Assembly (NCBI RefSeq): GCF_963921235.1
Contig: NC_086097.1
Span: forward strand, 239,198,001 to 239,262,000
Length of the DNA: 64,000 nucleotides
Source: Mobula hypostoma
Lineage: Eukaryota
Reading direction: 5' to 3'
This document shows, in pieces, positions 11,059-23,737 of this stretch (position 1 is the first letter of the stretch; every line of letters begins with the position of its first letter). Made by a program: the position numbers and the translations under genes. Under the pieces are notes generated by a model. It did no database searches, had not been told where the DNA came from, and saw nothing but the letters and a program-made list of their open reading frames with translations.

Positions 11059-11610
11059 ACAGTGCAGAATAGTCCCTTCCAGCCCACCGTCTAGCAACCC
11101 ACCTATTTCTAAAGGCATCCGTTAGTCTTGTGAGACCATGGATTCTACGCCTGGAAAGTCTTCACTCTCCAGGGTGCAGGCCTGGGCAAGGTTGTATGGA
11201 AGACCAGCAGCTGCCCATGCTGTAAATCTCCCCTCTCCATGACACCAATGTTGTCCAAGGGAAGGACATTTGGACCCATACAGCTTGGCACCAGTGTCGT
11301 CGCAGAGCAATGTGTGATTAAGTGCCTTGCTCAAGTACACGACACACATTGCCTCGGCTGGGGCTCGAACTCACGACCTTCAGGTCGCTAGTCCAATGTC
11401 TTAACCACTTGGCCACGTGCCCACCTACTTAATCCCAACCTAATCCCAGGACAGTCTGCAATGACCAATTAACCTACCAACTGGTATGTCTTTGGACTGC
11501 ACACGGGAAGAACATACAAACTTTCTTATGTAGAACACTAAAATTGAACTTCAAACTCTGATATCTCAAACAGTGTTAGCTTCGCACTAACCACCACTCT
11601 ACTGTGGCTC
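11059..11610 (-). mobile_element. HE1-like V-SINE, interrupted by a CORE-type SINE
   Basis: Same body as other V-SINE copies in the window (AATGACCAATTAACCTACC..GTCTTTGGACTG..GAACATACAAACT). Confidence 0.7.
11109..11424 (-). mobile_element. tRNA-derived SINE with CORE-like segment
   Basis: Minus-strand A box TGGCCAAGTGG (11405-11415), B box GTTCGAGCCC (11361-11370), then TTGAGCAAGGCACTTAA; approximate TSD CCCACCTA(T/C)TT at 11098-11108 and 11420-11430. Confidence 0.8.
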
Positions 11611-13360
11611 CCATAATTTGCCCTGCTCCAGCTCAACACTCTCCCAAGTTTGATGTGATCTTGTTCTAAGTCATGGGCAACATAGGTTACAAGTAGCGAC
11701 AGCACTGTGAGGTCAGGAGGAAGAGAGAATCAGACCAAGGTTTGACAGGAGGGAAGAGCACAAAACCATATATGCGGGGGAGCTATTGTTGTGGGGGGGG
11801 GGGGCATTGGCTACTGCTGAATTAGGGTGTAGAATTGTCATTTTTCTCATGTTTTCCTTGGAGTTTAACTTTGTCTTTTCCTCATTTGTTCTTTGTTTTT
11901 CTAACACAATAGTATGGCATAACTACCAAGATTTACGTATACCTCATTCTAAACTTCTGAAGAATCTTCGGATCAATATTAGCAGATACAGCTCTGTACA
12001 TCAGGAAGCAAGGGAGGGCAACAGACTTTGAGGGATCAGGAAGTCAGTGTGTAAGAAAGTTCGGGGACTCAAGTAAGTTTTACACCTACCAGCAGGCATC
12101 TATTGTTGGTACACAGTGATAACCTAAGAACAGTATGGTCTTCTCTCAGCCCATGCCCCCTCCGCCAATTCTGCAAAAAGATTTTTTCTTGGAAAATTAC
12201 ATCATCCCGCAAATGTGATTAACTTTGGTTTAAGTTAAAAGTCATTCCCATAGCACTGGAAGAAAGGTGTATTGAAGGTAAATATTATGGTGCCATTATG
12301 GTTACAGATGTTTAGGCTTTGCATTGTTTAGCTAAGATGGAATGGCAGAATAGATTTGATGGACCAAATGGCCTAATTCTGCTCCTATGCCATATGGCCG
12401 TATGGTCTTATGGTTTTAAAAACTATATTTGATTTCCTTGCACTTGGGTGAACAGTCAATGTAGATTCTTGTTTGCCAACATGTACATTTTATTGGAACC
12501 TTACCAGAATCTGCGAGTCTGCAAATAAATCCCCCCCAAGTTCCTTCCAAAAATAAAGCTTGTAGTTCTACACCTATTTTCTATATGATAAATATCAAAA
12601 ATTATATTTTGATGTCAAAAGAAAAGCAGCACATTTGTCCAATAGGAGCAGTTTTAAATGGCCAGCTGCTCTACAATCCCAACTCCTGCCTTCCCATTGG
12701 ATAAGAGTTTGATGACTGAAGCTTTGCCAACTTTGATTAGGAGATCCCTGACCTGCATAATTTTATTGAAGTCACATTTCTTGAAGCAGTGAGAAAGAGG
12801 ACGTGGAATTGAAATTGGGAAGATAAAGGCACCTACATGGTAATCTGTTGAATCATTCTGGTTAGTACGCCACCCCCATCTATCGCCACTGCGTTACGCT
12901 GTTAACACTTTATGCCATTTCCTACCATGCTGTTACATTGTCAATACATATTGGTATTTCTGTATTTAGCACATTTTGTTCCATAACCTCTAACTTGATG
13001 TTTATATAATTGTTATAATTTTTTGTTATAATTGTTGAATGTGTGTTGCTTTTGTCACACCAACACACTATAGCAAATTCTTTATAATACATGTAAAGAT
13101 ATGTGGTGAATAAAGTTGATCCTTGGTCCTATTGTTTCCATAACCACATCTACTCTTATCACGACCAGGTTCAATTTCCCCCCGTTCAAGAACTGCGCCA
13201 ACACATCACAATTTTGCACTCCTTCCATCTCTCTGGGCTAGACCCTAAAACCCTTCCTTTGACTCTGATGTCAATGTATTCTCCTTCCTTACACAAGCAG
13301 ATCCTAAATCTGATTCTGCCTGCATTTCACCTACGTATAGCCCTCTAAACCTTTCCTATC

Positions 13361-13520
13361 CAGCGCAGTAGGAGAGCAGTTAGCATCAGCTGTAAAATCT
13401 GGGGTTCAATTCCCGCCGCTATCCGCAAGGAGTTTGGTTGTTCTCCCCGTGACCTGGCGGGTTCCCTCCGGGTGCTCTGGTTTCTTCCCACATCCAAAAC
13501 ACATACAGACTGGAGTTAGT
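13361..13520 (+). mobile_element. V-SINE (HE1-like) 5' half
   Basis: B box GGTTCAATTCC followed by V domain GGAGTTTG..TTCTCCCCGTGACC..GGGTGCTCTGGTTTCTTCCCACATCCAAA. Confidence 0.8.
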
Positions 13521-13895
13521 ATTGAATTGAATTGACTTTATTTCTGACATCCTTCCTTCGCATGCCTGAGGAGTAAAAGTCTTTACATTACGTCTCCGTC
13601 TGAACATGCAATGTGCAAATTATAGTAGTTTGTAATAAATAGTATGTACAGTAGGATATACAACAGAACAGTCAATATAGCTTAGAAATACAATTATGTC
13701 AGTGTGAATTAATCAGTCTGATGCCCTGGTGGAAGAAGCTGTCCTGGCTTTAACGCTGCGGTACTGTTTCCCGGATGGTAGCAGCTGGAGCAGTTTGTGG
13801 CTGGAGTGACGCAGGTCGCCAATGATACTTTGGGCCATTTTTATGCACTTCTCACTGTAAACGTCCTGAATGGTGAGAAGTTCACATCCACATCC
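13521..13895 (-). mobile_element. Rex1/Babar-like LINE 3' fragment
   Basis: Reverse complement matches the 3' end of the 28521-30180 element (ACCAGGGCATCAGACTGATT, TTTTACTCCTCA, CAATT tail). Confidence 0.7.
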
Positions 13896-14027
13896 TCTGG
13901 CGACTTGTTCCCTATACTGACCATGAGGTGATAAAATTGCCCCACAGGCCCCATTTAAATTTACCTACTATTGTTACATTGGACATTTTGTTGTTCCTTT
14001 CCGCTCCTTGTCTATCATTGACCTTTT

Positions 14028-14157
14028 TTGTCTGTGTTTTTACAAGTCCAAGTTAATCCTCAACCCAGCACGGAAGGAAAGTGTGCAAGGGGCTGCCTGG
14101 ATTTGAACCTGCGACCAATCAAAGTGTGGTCTGAATGCCACTACAGTGCCAGCCAGC
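14028..14157 (-). mobile_element. Degenerate tRNA-headed SINE fragment
   Basis: Minus-strand A-box-like TGGCACTGTAGTGG and B-box-like GGTTCAAATCC. Confidence 0.5.
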
Positions 14158-14625
14158 TATATTGCTTATCTGTCCTCCAAATATTCTTAACCATTTATAT
14201 AGAAAACTCAATAAATAACCCTTTCATAACCAGGTTTCACTCCTGCACCCTCCCCCCGCCAGCAGTGTACACAAATATACCTACACACATACATTCCCTC
14301 ATCAACACCTCAGTATACAAATATAAAACCTGGGATCTTGCAAAACATTTCTTCAATTGACATTACGTTCCTGGACGATCGGTAATGACATGGACATTTT
14401 GCACAAAACTGAAAAACAGTCACTTTGAATCCAAAAATATTGCTAACTATATTAGAAAATACTTGTCAATTAGTCAATCATAAATGAGTTCAGATTCAGA
14501 GTTATTCTTCATAGGTACATCGGAACATCCAGTGAAATGTGTCATTTGCTTAACAGCCTACGCACGCAAAGTTGTGCTGGGGGACAGCCCACAGGTGTTG
14601 CCACACATTCCAGTACCAACATAGA

Positions 14626-15004
14626 AGCTACTATCAGATTCCTGAGTTAGATATGGCCCTTGTGGCTACAGGGGTCAGGGGGTATGGAGGGAAGGCTGGG
14701 GCGGGGTTCTGAGTTGGATGATCAGCCATGATCATAATAAATGGTGGTGCAGGCTCGAAGGGCCGAATGGCCTACTCCTGCACCTATTTTCTATGTTTCT
14801 ATGTTTCTATGTTTCCTTCTTCTCCATCCCTTCACCTTTCCCACCCACCCATCACCTGGCAGCTCACCTCCTTCCCCTCCTCCCACCTTTTTTATCCTGG
14901 CGTCTTCCCCCCTTCCTTTGCGGTCGTGAAGAAGGGTCTCGGACCGAAATATCGACTGTTCACTCACTTCCATAGCTGCTGCTTGACCTGCGTGCCGAGT
15001 TCCT
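14626..15004 (+). mobile_element. Penelope-derived pLTR-like element with degenerate hammerhead, containing a young CR1 3' end (14644-14812)
   Basis: 10-bp TSD CCAACATAGA (14616-14625, 15005-15014); pyrimidine-rich body; GGTC-GTGAAGA..GAAATATC-GACTG; the CR1 piece ends in (TTTCTATG)n. Confidence 0.8.
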
Positions 15005-15491
15005 CCAACATAGAGTGTCCACAATGCTCAACAGAAGGACACCAAGCACAGCAAAGCAGAACGTGCTGAGCAGATAGTATGTGATCATTCGGATATTATA
15101 TAAATTATTTCATAAGCAGGCCTACTCTGACGACATCAGCAGACAGGCTGAATCTGAGCACTGACTAGTGCACATGAAGCACTTAAGTACCCTCAATGAC
15201 ACTAAAACATCTCAGGAATAACATTCTATTACACAAAATATAGCTTGTGCAAACTTGCATGTCCCTACAGAATAATAAATAAAAAATAAATGCTGTAATG
15301 TTTTTAAAAAAACACATTTCTTCCTTTCTGCAAAGTGCCCTCCTGTTGCTATGCTGGTGCTACATAAAAAGTATATCTCTTGGGTACACCACAAAATCGA
15401 GCTTTTGCTTTGATCCACAACTTGATGAGATAACATCAAGAAGGAAATTTTTTTTAAAAAAAGAGAAATCAGAATAAAAAGAGATTGAATA

Positions 15492-16925
15492 AGAAGAGAT
15501 TATGGAAGCATTAGTAATGATCTTTCAAGAATCATCGGATTCTGATATGATTACAGAGGACTGGAAAATTTCAAATGTGTCTCCACTCTCTGGAAGGGAG
15601 AGAGGTGGAAGAAAGGAAATTATAGGCATGTTAACCTGAATTCAGTGGCTGGGAAGATGTTGGAATTCATTATTAGCGATGAGATTTCCAGGAACTTAGA
15701 GGCCATGATAAAATAGGCCAAAGTCAACATGGTTTCCTTAAAGGGGAAATTTGTTGAAATTCTTTGAAGAAATAACAGGCATGATAGACAGAGGAAAGTC
15801 AATTGATGTTGTTTACTTGGATTTTCATAAGGCCTTTGACAAGGTGCCACCTATGAGGCTGCTTAACAAGCTGAAAGCCTACTGTATTACAGGAAAGATA
15901 CTAGCATGGCTAGAAGATTCACTGATTTGCAGGAAGCAAAGGGTGGGAATAAAGGGGGCCTTTTCAAATCAGTTGCTAGTGACTAGTGGTTTACAGGTGT
16001 TGACATTTGGACCGCTTCTTTTGTCAATGATTTGGAGATGGAATTGATGGCTTTGTGGCCAAGGTTGCGAAAAATATGAAGATAAGTGGAGGGGCAGGTA
16101 GAGCTGTGGAAGTGGGGAGTCTGTAGAAGACCTGAGACAGATTCAGGCAAAAAACTGGCAGATGGAATGTAATGTTGGGAAGTGTATGGTCATACATTTT
16201 GGGAGAAGGAATAGAAGCATAGACAATTTTCAAAACTGGGAGAAAATTTAAAAATCCATGGTGCGGAGGAACTTGAGAGTGTGTTTGCACAGAATACCCT
16301 ATTAGTTTATTTGCGGGCTGAGTTGGTGACAAGGAAGGCAAATGCACTCTAAGCATTCATTTTGAGAGGACTAGAATACAAGGGCAAGGATAAAATGCTG
16401 AGGCTTTATAAGACATTGGTCGGAAGGTACCTGGAGCATTGTGAGCACTTTTGGGTCCCGTATTTAAAAAAAAAGAGGTCCAAAGGAAGTTTACAAGAAT
16501 GATTCCCAGAATAAAAGGGTTAACGTATGAGGAGCATTTGATTGCTCTGGTCCTGTACTCGCAGGAGTTTAGAAGAATGAAGAGAAATCTCATTGAATCC
16601 TATTGAATATTAAAAGGCCTAGATTAAGTAGATATGGAGAGGAAATTTCCTACAGTGGTCGAGTCTAGGACCAGAGAGCCCAGCCTCAGAATAGAATGTA
16701 TTGAACCTGTGGAATCCATTGACACAGATGGTGTGAAGGCCAAGTCTTTGAGTTTAAAGTAGAGTTTGATAGAATCTTGAATAGTCAGGGTGTCAAAGGT
16801 TATGGGGCAAAGGTAGGAGAATGGGATTGAGAGGGACAATAAATCAGCCATGAAGGGTATGGCAGAGCAAACTTGATGAGCTAAATAGCCGATGTAATTC
16901 TGTTCCTATATCTATGTCCTATGGC
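15492..16925 (+). mobile_element. Degenerate 5'-truncated CR1 (RT to 3' tail)
   Basis: ORF 15751..16047 (VYLDFHKAFDKV, KQRVGIKG); 3'UTR hairpin remnant near 16860-16925. Confidence 0.85.
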
Positions 16926-18313
16926 CAATTGAGTTGTGATAATTTGCCAAGGTAATATGAGGCACATTATCCAAACAAATTCTCTTGAACACCTGCATAT
17001 TCTGCCTTTTTGAAATAGCTAGCAATCAAAGATCTGATTGACTCTGAATTGGCAGCTCTACAGCGGCACAATTAAAAACTTATACGGAAACTTTTAACCA
17101 TTATTACATTTCACCGAGAAGCACGTAGATCAAATGGTGGGAAAGAAAAAACAAGAAACCATTGAATTAAACAAGAGATCTATCTCTGCTGCACTGAGAT
17201 AGAACTCTGATTTTTGCTGAGTAAAAGAAGGGAAGGTAAGATTTAAGAGTGGAAATTAAAACAGGGTGAAAGGTGAAATGTTTAAGGGGAACATGAGGGG
17301 GAATTTTTCACTCAGAGTGTGATGGAAGTGTGATTAGCTCAAGAGGTGGCTGAGTGGTTGATTTCACTATTTAAGAGGAATTTGGATCGGTACTTGCTTG
17401 GGAGCAGTAAAAATAGTGCTTAAAAGAAGAAAATCAGGAGGAAGACCAATGCTGTCAATAGCTAATACTTAGCTCTTTGCTGTTTACTGTTTGTCTGATC
17501 CATCACATCCATTATTAGTATCATGATTATGTTGTGTTACTGCACTAAAATAATTATGGAATCTAACATATCTTTGTGAACCACTAAAGTTCATCCATTC
17601 TTGTCTCCTTGGGCAATGTGATTTTCAGAAAAAGTTAAAACAACATACAGTATAATTTTGGTAACTTTGTTGGATTTTGTTGTTGCATTTCTCCATGAAT
17701 GAACTTAAGTTTACTTAAGGTGCCTTTCTTATTACTTGTGATCTCAAGCTGCAATGAGCTCGTCACGCCTGTGCAGACAGCTGGAGAGAATTGGGCTCTG
17801 AGGTCTTTTTAAGAACCCCAGAATTAACTTATTGTTGTCCAACTAAGAGTCGCTCAAGAAAAAAAACACAAGGAATGTGGTGTCCTGGTGATTTTTGTTT
17901 AAACTTGTTTAAAGACCATTTTGATAGGTATGGGCATTCTGTGGTACTTGTATTATTTAGGATGATGACTGATTAATGATAATCACGGAGTCCTCGTTTT
18001 GAGAATGTTACGTCTCGCGGTGTTGCTCCGGGCAAGCCACCAATGTTCTGCTTGAATTCTTATGACTGAATTCTGGTCACCATCTCTACATCAGAGTCTG
18101 TCTTTCCTCCGCACTTTGGTTCTGACTTTGCCAGTGCACATCGTGACACAAAGATATCAAGAAGTTTCACAGCAGAGAACTACACCATCTATTAAAGTTG
18201 TTTCATTCACCTAAATGGTTAAGTATCATGCATTTTTCAACTAATGAGAAAAATACTACACTTTTTGAAAGACTTAGTGAATAATTTCAGTGTAGTTTTA
18301 CTCTTGTGAAGGT

Positions 18314-18982
18314 AAGACCGTAAGAGATCGGAGCAGAATCAGGCCATTTGGCCCATCGAGTCTGCTGTGCCATTTCATTATGGCAGATCCATTTCCCTCT
18401 CAGCCCCAATTTCCTGCCTTTTCCATGTATCCCTTCATGCCCTAACTAATCAAGAATCTATCAGCCTCTGCCTGAAATATACCCAATGCCTTGGCATCTA
18501 CAGCTGCCTGTGGCAGCAAGTTCCACAGATTCCACTCTCTGGCTAAACCAATTCAACTTCATCTCCATTCTAAAAGGATGCCCCTCTATTTTGAGTCTGT
18601 GTTAGTCTTAGCCTTAGATTACCCCACCATAGGAACATTCTCTCCACATCAACTCTTTTGAGGCCTTTCAACATTTAATAGGTTTCAATAAGGTTACCCC
18701 TCATTTATCTAAATTCCATGGAGGCCCAGTGCCGTGAAACGCTCTTCATATGACAGTCCCTTCAATCCCAGAATTATTTTTGTGAACCTCCTTTGAACAC
18801 TCCTCAATGTCAACACATTCTTTCTTAAATAAACGACACAAAACTGCTCTCAATACTCCAAATGAGGCCTCACCAGTGCTTTATAAAGCCTCAACGTTAT
18901 ACCCTTGTCCTTATATTCTGGTCCTCTTGAAATGAATGCTAAAGTCGCATTTGCTTTCCTGGCCATGGACTCAACCAGCAAA
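18314..18982 (-). mobile_element. CR1 3' fragment
   Basis: Minus-strand RKANATLAFISRG..LYKALVRPHLEY and CR1 3'UTR/tail at ~18314-18370. Confidence 0.85.
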
Positions 18983-19847
18983 TTAATTGACAAATGCACA
19001 TAAAACTCACCTTTGTGATTTTGGCTTTCTCTCACACAAACTGATGCATTAGAAATGGTCGCATTATTAAATGTGACACAGTAAAAGTTGGTCTGGCCAA
19101 GCATTAGTTTTTAAATTACAGCAGTCTGAAAACCCCAAACTGGAGCATCTTAAATGTTTCGCTGTTATTAACCTAGCTTTGTTGTCGACCTTTTCAAATT
19201 GAGTGGAAATTGGATTGCTTTTGATCTATCTCTCTAAATTAGCAAATCCTATGTCTGTTTACTTCACCACAATTTTGCTTTGAGCAGCTCAATCGTGATA
19301 GACCATAGATCAAGGTTGGCATCAATAGCCTAAAGATGAATCAACCAAAAAAAAAATTATTCCATGAAATAAGTATCCACCCCTCTAACATTCAGAATAT
19401 TCTTGATGAATTATGTGGAAACGGAAAAGTAAATAAACATTTCAGAGAGGGAAAGAGTGGTTGATTAATCTGATTGTATGAATTGTTAAGATCAGAGAGA
19501 CAAGCTGGGACCAATTCCAGTTTCCTTGATAGGTAATTCATGGTGCTTCTCACAGTTAATCAAGACGTACTTCACCCAATAGTGCCTTGAAATGAAGGGG
19601 TTGATGTTCCCTCTAAATAATAGGCTTGCTCTATCACTGTAATTTTCCTGGATCTGCTTGGTGAACCTTTTACACGTGTAAGTGAAGAGTGGCCAGCGGA
19701 AGTGGCGGATGCAGATTTGATTTCAACATTTAAGAGAAGTTTGTAAAATAACGTAGATGCCCCAGGTCAATGGGCCAGGGCAGAATAATAGTTCAGCACA
19801 GACGAGACGGTTCTGTCCTGTAGTGCTTTATGACTCTTCGACTCTAT

Positions 19848-20020
19848 TCTGCAGATACTGGAAATCCAGCGCAACGAACAAGCAACTCAGCAGCTCAAGC
19901 AGCAGCCATGGAAATAAATAAACAGTCGACAATTTAGGTCCTCATGAAGGGTCTCAGCCCCAAATGTCGGCTGTTTAGTCCTTTCCATTGATGTTTTCTG
20001 AGCTGCTGAGTTCTTCCAAA
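19848..20020. mobile_element. Inverted (head-to-head) Penelope pLTR-like element with degenerate hammerhead
   Basis: ACTCAGCAGCTCA..AAACAGTCGACA pairs imperfectly with TGTCGGCTGTTT..TGAGCTGCTGAGT around GGTC-CTCATGA-AGGGTCTCAGCCC-CAAATGTC-GGCT. Confidence 0.7.
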
Positions 20021-20077
20021 ATCTTCGTGGTAATGGCAATGGAAGGGAACCAGCTATTGAAATTCTATAACATGTCT

Positions 20078-20722
20078 TCAAATTTCAAAGTTGAAAGTAA
20101 ATTTATTATCAAAATTTATATATATATATATATGTATCACCATATACAACCCTTAGATTCATTTTTTGCAGTCATACACAGTAAATACAATAAACGAAGT
20201 CTACACTCAACCGGATGGACAAGCAACCAGTGTGCCAAAGACAGCAAACTGTGCAAATACAAAAAAGTGAAATAAGAATAAAAAACTAAATAAATAAATG
20301 TCGAGAACATCAGATGAAGAGTCCTTGAAAGTGAATCTATAGCTTCTGGGTACAGTTCAGTGTTGGGGTGAGTGAAGTTTTAGTTCAAGAGCCTGACGGT
20401 TCAGGAGTTATAACTATTCTTGAACTTGGTGTTATCGATGCAGAGATTACTGTACCTTCTTCTGATGGCAGCAGTGAGCAGAGAATGTGATGGATGCTGT
20501 TTTCCTGTGACCGCACTCGGTGTAAGTATGCTCAATTGTGGGGAGGGCTTTGCTTGTGATGGACTGGGCTATATCCACTACTTTTTGTAGGATTTTTCAT
20601 TCAAAACCATTGGTATTTCCTTACCAGGCAGTAATGCAACCAGTCAATCTACTTTCCTCCACAAATCTATAGAACTTCACCAAATTTTAGATGTCATGCA
20701 GGTCTGCTCAGTTGCTTAGAAG
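20078..20722 (-). mobile_element. Rex/Babar-like LINE 3' end with TTTGAA(C)-type tail
   Basis: Co-linear with 47272-48003 and with the reverse complement of 24545-25510. Confidence 0.7.
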
Positions 20723-21664
20723 GAACTACATAAGAACACAATAAATAGAAACATGAAATGATCATTCAGCCCCTCAAGCTGTCACAGGGCCACATTCAGC
20801 CCCTTTCCCGTAGTCACTGACTCCTCTAATATCCAGAGATTTACCCATCCCCGTTTTGATTGAATTCAGTTATGGAGCCTTCACAATGTTGGCGTTTGTT
20901 AATTCATTTTCAGCTTTCAGATCACTGCTACAGAGCCCAGCAACAACTGCCCCTGAGAAGGTCAACTTCTTCACCCTCTGGTGGTGAAGGTACCCACACA
21001 GTGCTGCCGAATTAAACCTAGCAAATGTGGTCTTCCAAGGCCCTTTATATTTGTCTTAACAGTTTGTTACTCTTGTACTCTATTCCTCCAGCAGTAAATA
21101 TCTGTGTTATGTTTGCCTTCCTAAATAACTGCTGCCCCTCCATAAAAGCTGAAAGAGCTTATAATTTTATGTAGGTGTACGATCAGTAATTTCTTGGCAA
21201 CCAATAATTGTGTATGGGGCAATATTTACACAGCATTCACTACAATCAATATTCCTTGACCAGAACATCTCAACTTTCCCATTTCGATATACCTAAATTA
21301 TACCAACTTTATACTAATGGAAGGTGGCCTTCTCACCGCTGAGTCACATAGTCATTTACAGAGCTAGCTAACGAGCCAAGTTTGTATACAATCCAGTGAG
21401 ACGGTTGAATGTACTTTACCACCCCAGCACATCACCTCACTTTTTCCATGTTTTACTTAATCTGTTGTACTGTTTCTCATTTATTCAGCTTGTCAGCATC
21501 CTATTGGAACCTCTTTGCACTGTCATCATTACTCCCATTCCTATTTTGTTTCATACCATCAGCAAACTTGGAAAACTTTCAACTGGCCCCCACTTCCACA
21601 TAGTTGGTGTTGAATGTGAATAGTTGGGCCCAACTACTGATCCCTGTGGTATTTCACGAGATAG

Positions 21665-23232
21665 TGTCATAGAGTCACATGGAGCCTTTGGCTCATCTGG
21701 TCCCTGCTGAACTGTTATTCTGCCTAGTCCCATTGACCCGTACATCGCCTAAAGCCCTCCACACCGCCACATTGCCTAACGTCCTCGACATCACTCTCGT
21801 CCAAGTACATATCCAAATTTCTCTTAAATGTTGAAATCAAACTGGCATCCACCAATTCTGCTGAAAGCTCATTCCACACTCTCACCACCCTCTGAGTGAA
21901 GAAGCTCCCCCTTAGGTCCAGCTTAAACATTTCATTTTTCACCCTTAAACCCATGACCTCTAATTCTTGTTTCACCCAACCTCAGTGGGAAAAGTTTACT
22001 TTAATTTAAACAATCTATGCCCCTCATGATCAGATCTCCCCCCATTCATTTAGACTCCAGAGGATAAATTCCTAACCTTTTCATCCTTTCTTTACAACTC
22101 AAGTCCTCAAGTTGCAGCAACATCATTGTAAATTTTCTCGGTACTCTTGCAATCTTATTGATATCTTTCCTGTAGGCAGATGAGTAGACCTGCACACCAC
22201 ATATATTTTGGTCGTGTTCTGTATTGAAACAATTTTGGAAATCTATTTTTTCTACAATCTCTAAAGCTTTAAAAATCAATTTACAACCTAATAAATTGAC
22301 ACTTTTGTTTGGTATAATTCCTCAACATATTCACGGTATTTCTACATCTGACCAATACGTAATTGCATTTGTCACATTATTGGCTAGAAGGGCTATTTTA
22401 TTAAAATGGAAAGATGCCTCTGCTCCAACTTTGATACAATGGTTCTCTCAGGTGATGCTATGTCTTAGTTTGGAAAAAATTAGAAGTCGAACTTTTGATT
22501 CTAAATTTGACTTCGGGAAAAGGCGGGGTTCTTTTGCCCATTATTATCATTTGACTTGAGTTAATACAGATGGTCCTTCTCTGATGCTTGGTTATATGGG
22601 TTTGGTTGGCAGTTTGATGTCTTTTTTTTATGGAAGCTTATATGGCGCATAGCTCTGGGTTTGTGCTCCAAGTGGGTATTTTTTTTCCTTTTTTTTAGTT
22701 ATTAGGGGTTTACTCTGTTTTAGTTAGTAAGGGTTCTTCTTTTCCTTTCTTTCCTTTTTTCCATAAAAAAAGGCTTTAATACTTTGTTTTTTGATTATTA
22801 TTGATATATTGTTCAGCCTGGTTAAAAGTTTAACTTTTACTTTACATATGGATATGTTATCTTGATTATTTTGATGTATTTTTTTCTGTTGTTGATTTTC
22901 AATAATAATTAATAAAAAGATTTAAAAAGAAAAGACCTGCACACAATACTCCAAATATGGCTTCCTCAACACCTTCCACAATTTTAAAGTAACATCCCAA
23001 CTCCCGTACTCAATACTTTGAGTTTGGAAGGCTAGTATGCCAAAAACTCTCTATACGACCTGTGATGCCACTTTTAAGGAATTATGGATTCCTCGATTCC
23101 TCTGTTCTACAACATTTCTCCATGCTCTACTGTTCACTGAGTAAGTCCGACCCAGGTTTGCCTTCCCAAAGTACATCTCACACTTGTCTAACTTAAATTC
23201 TGTCTGCCATTTTTGAGTTCATTTTTCCAGCC
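21665..23232 (-). mobile_element. CR1 3' fragment split by an L1 insertion
   Basis: ORF 21724..21975 (FFTQRVVRVWNEL) and part of 22046..22279; resumes after the TSD at 22945. Confidence 0.8.
22198..22932 (+). mobile_element. 5'-truncated L1-clade LINE (ORF2 C-terminus, T-rich 3'UTR, A-rich tail)
   Basis: HIFWSC..FWKSIF..LLARRAILLKWK..P..QW..LEKI is typical of fish-type L1 ORF2 ends; AATAAA plus A-rich tail; 12-bp TSD AGACCTGCACAC (22186-22197, 22933-22944). Confidence 0.88.
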
Positions 23233-23319
23233 AGTTCATGGAGGACCTGTTCATTCTATTTTTTTTAATCCATGTCATGATCCATACTAGAATGCTGCGC
23301 ACAATCCTGAGCACCCTCC

Positions 23320-23737
23320 TGCTTCTTTTGCTCATCTTTCTGCTGATGTTTAGGGCGGCAATGAAGGTTCTCCATCTCTGGCGGCATTCACGGCTTCCTT
23401 CATCATGTCAGTAGCTTCCTCTTGATTTACTGTCAGTCATGCAAGTCCCGGGTGGAGGCACAGAAATACCATCGCACACAGATGAAAAAGGATTCTTCAT
23501 TGCCGTTTCCATAACAGTTTTGTTTGACCAGTCAGGGTTGTTAGCTTTGAGCTGATCCCGCAAAACTGGAGGATTGGTGGGCAACTCTTAGTCTGACCTT
23601 TACCCTTTGACCTGTTTGACTTGCTTGACTCTACCAAGAGCTAAAACATAAAACCCTAACTCCAACCAGCATAGCTCTCTGGGTCATAGAGGCATGCCAG
23701 CCTTCAAACCATGACAAGGCTGTGGTCCCCTTGGAGG
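23320..23737 (-). mobile_element. Bipartite non-autonomous RTE-like element (5' end fused to 3' end)
   Basis: Starts GGACCACAGCCTTGTC (as RTE/Bov-B 5' ends) and ends CAGAGATGGAGAACCTTCATTGCCGCCCTAAAC (WRTFIAAL, like RTE C-termini); second copy at 45718-45950. Confidence 0.6.

Noticed and set aside
11350..11424. tRNA gene
   Set aside because: A/B boxes run into a SINE body with TSD and there is no downstream oligo-T terminator; it is a SINE head.
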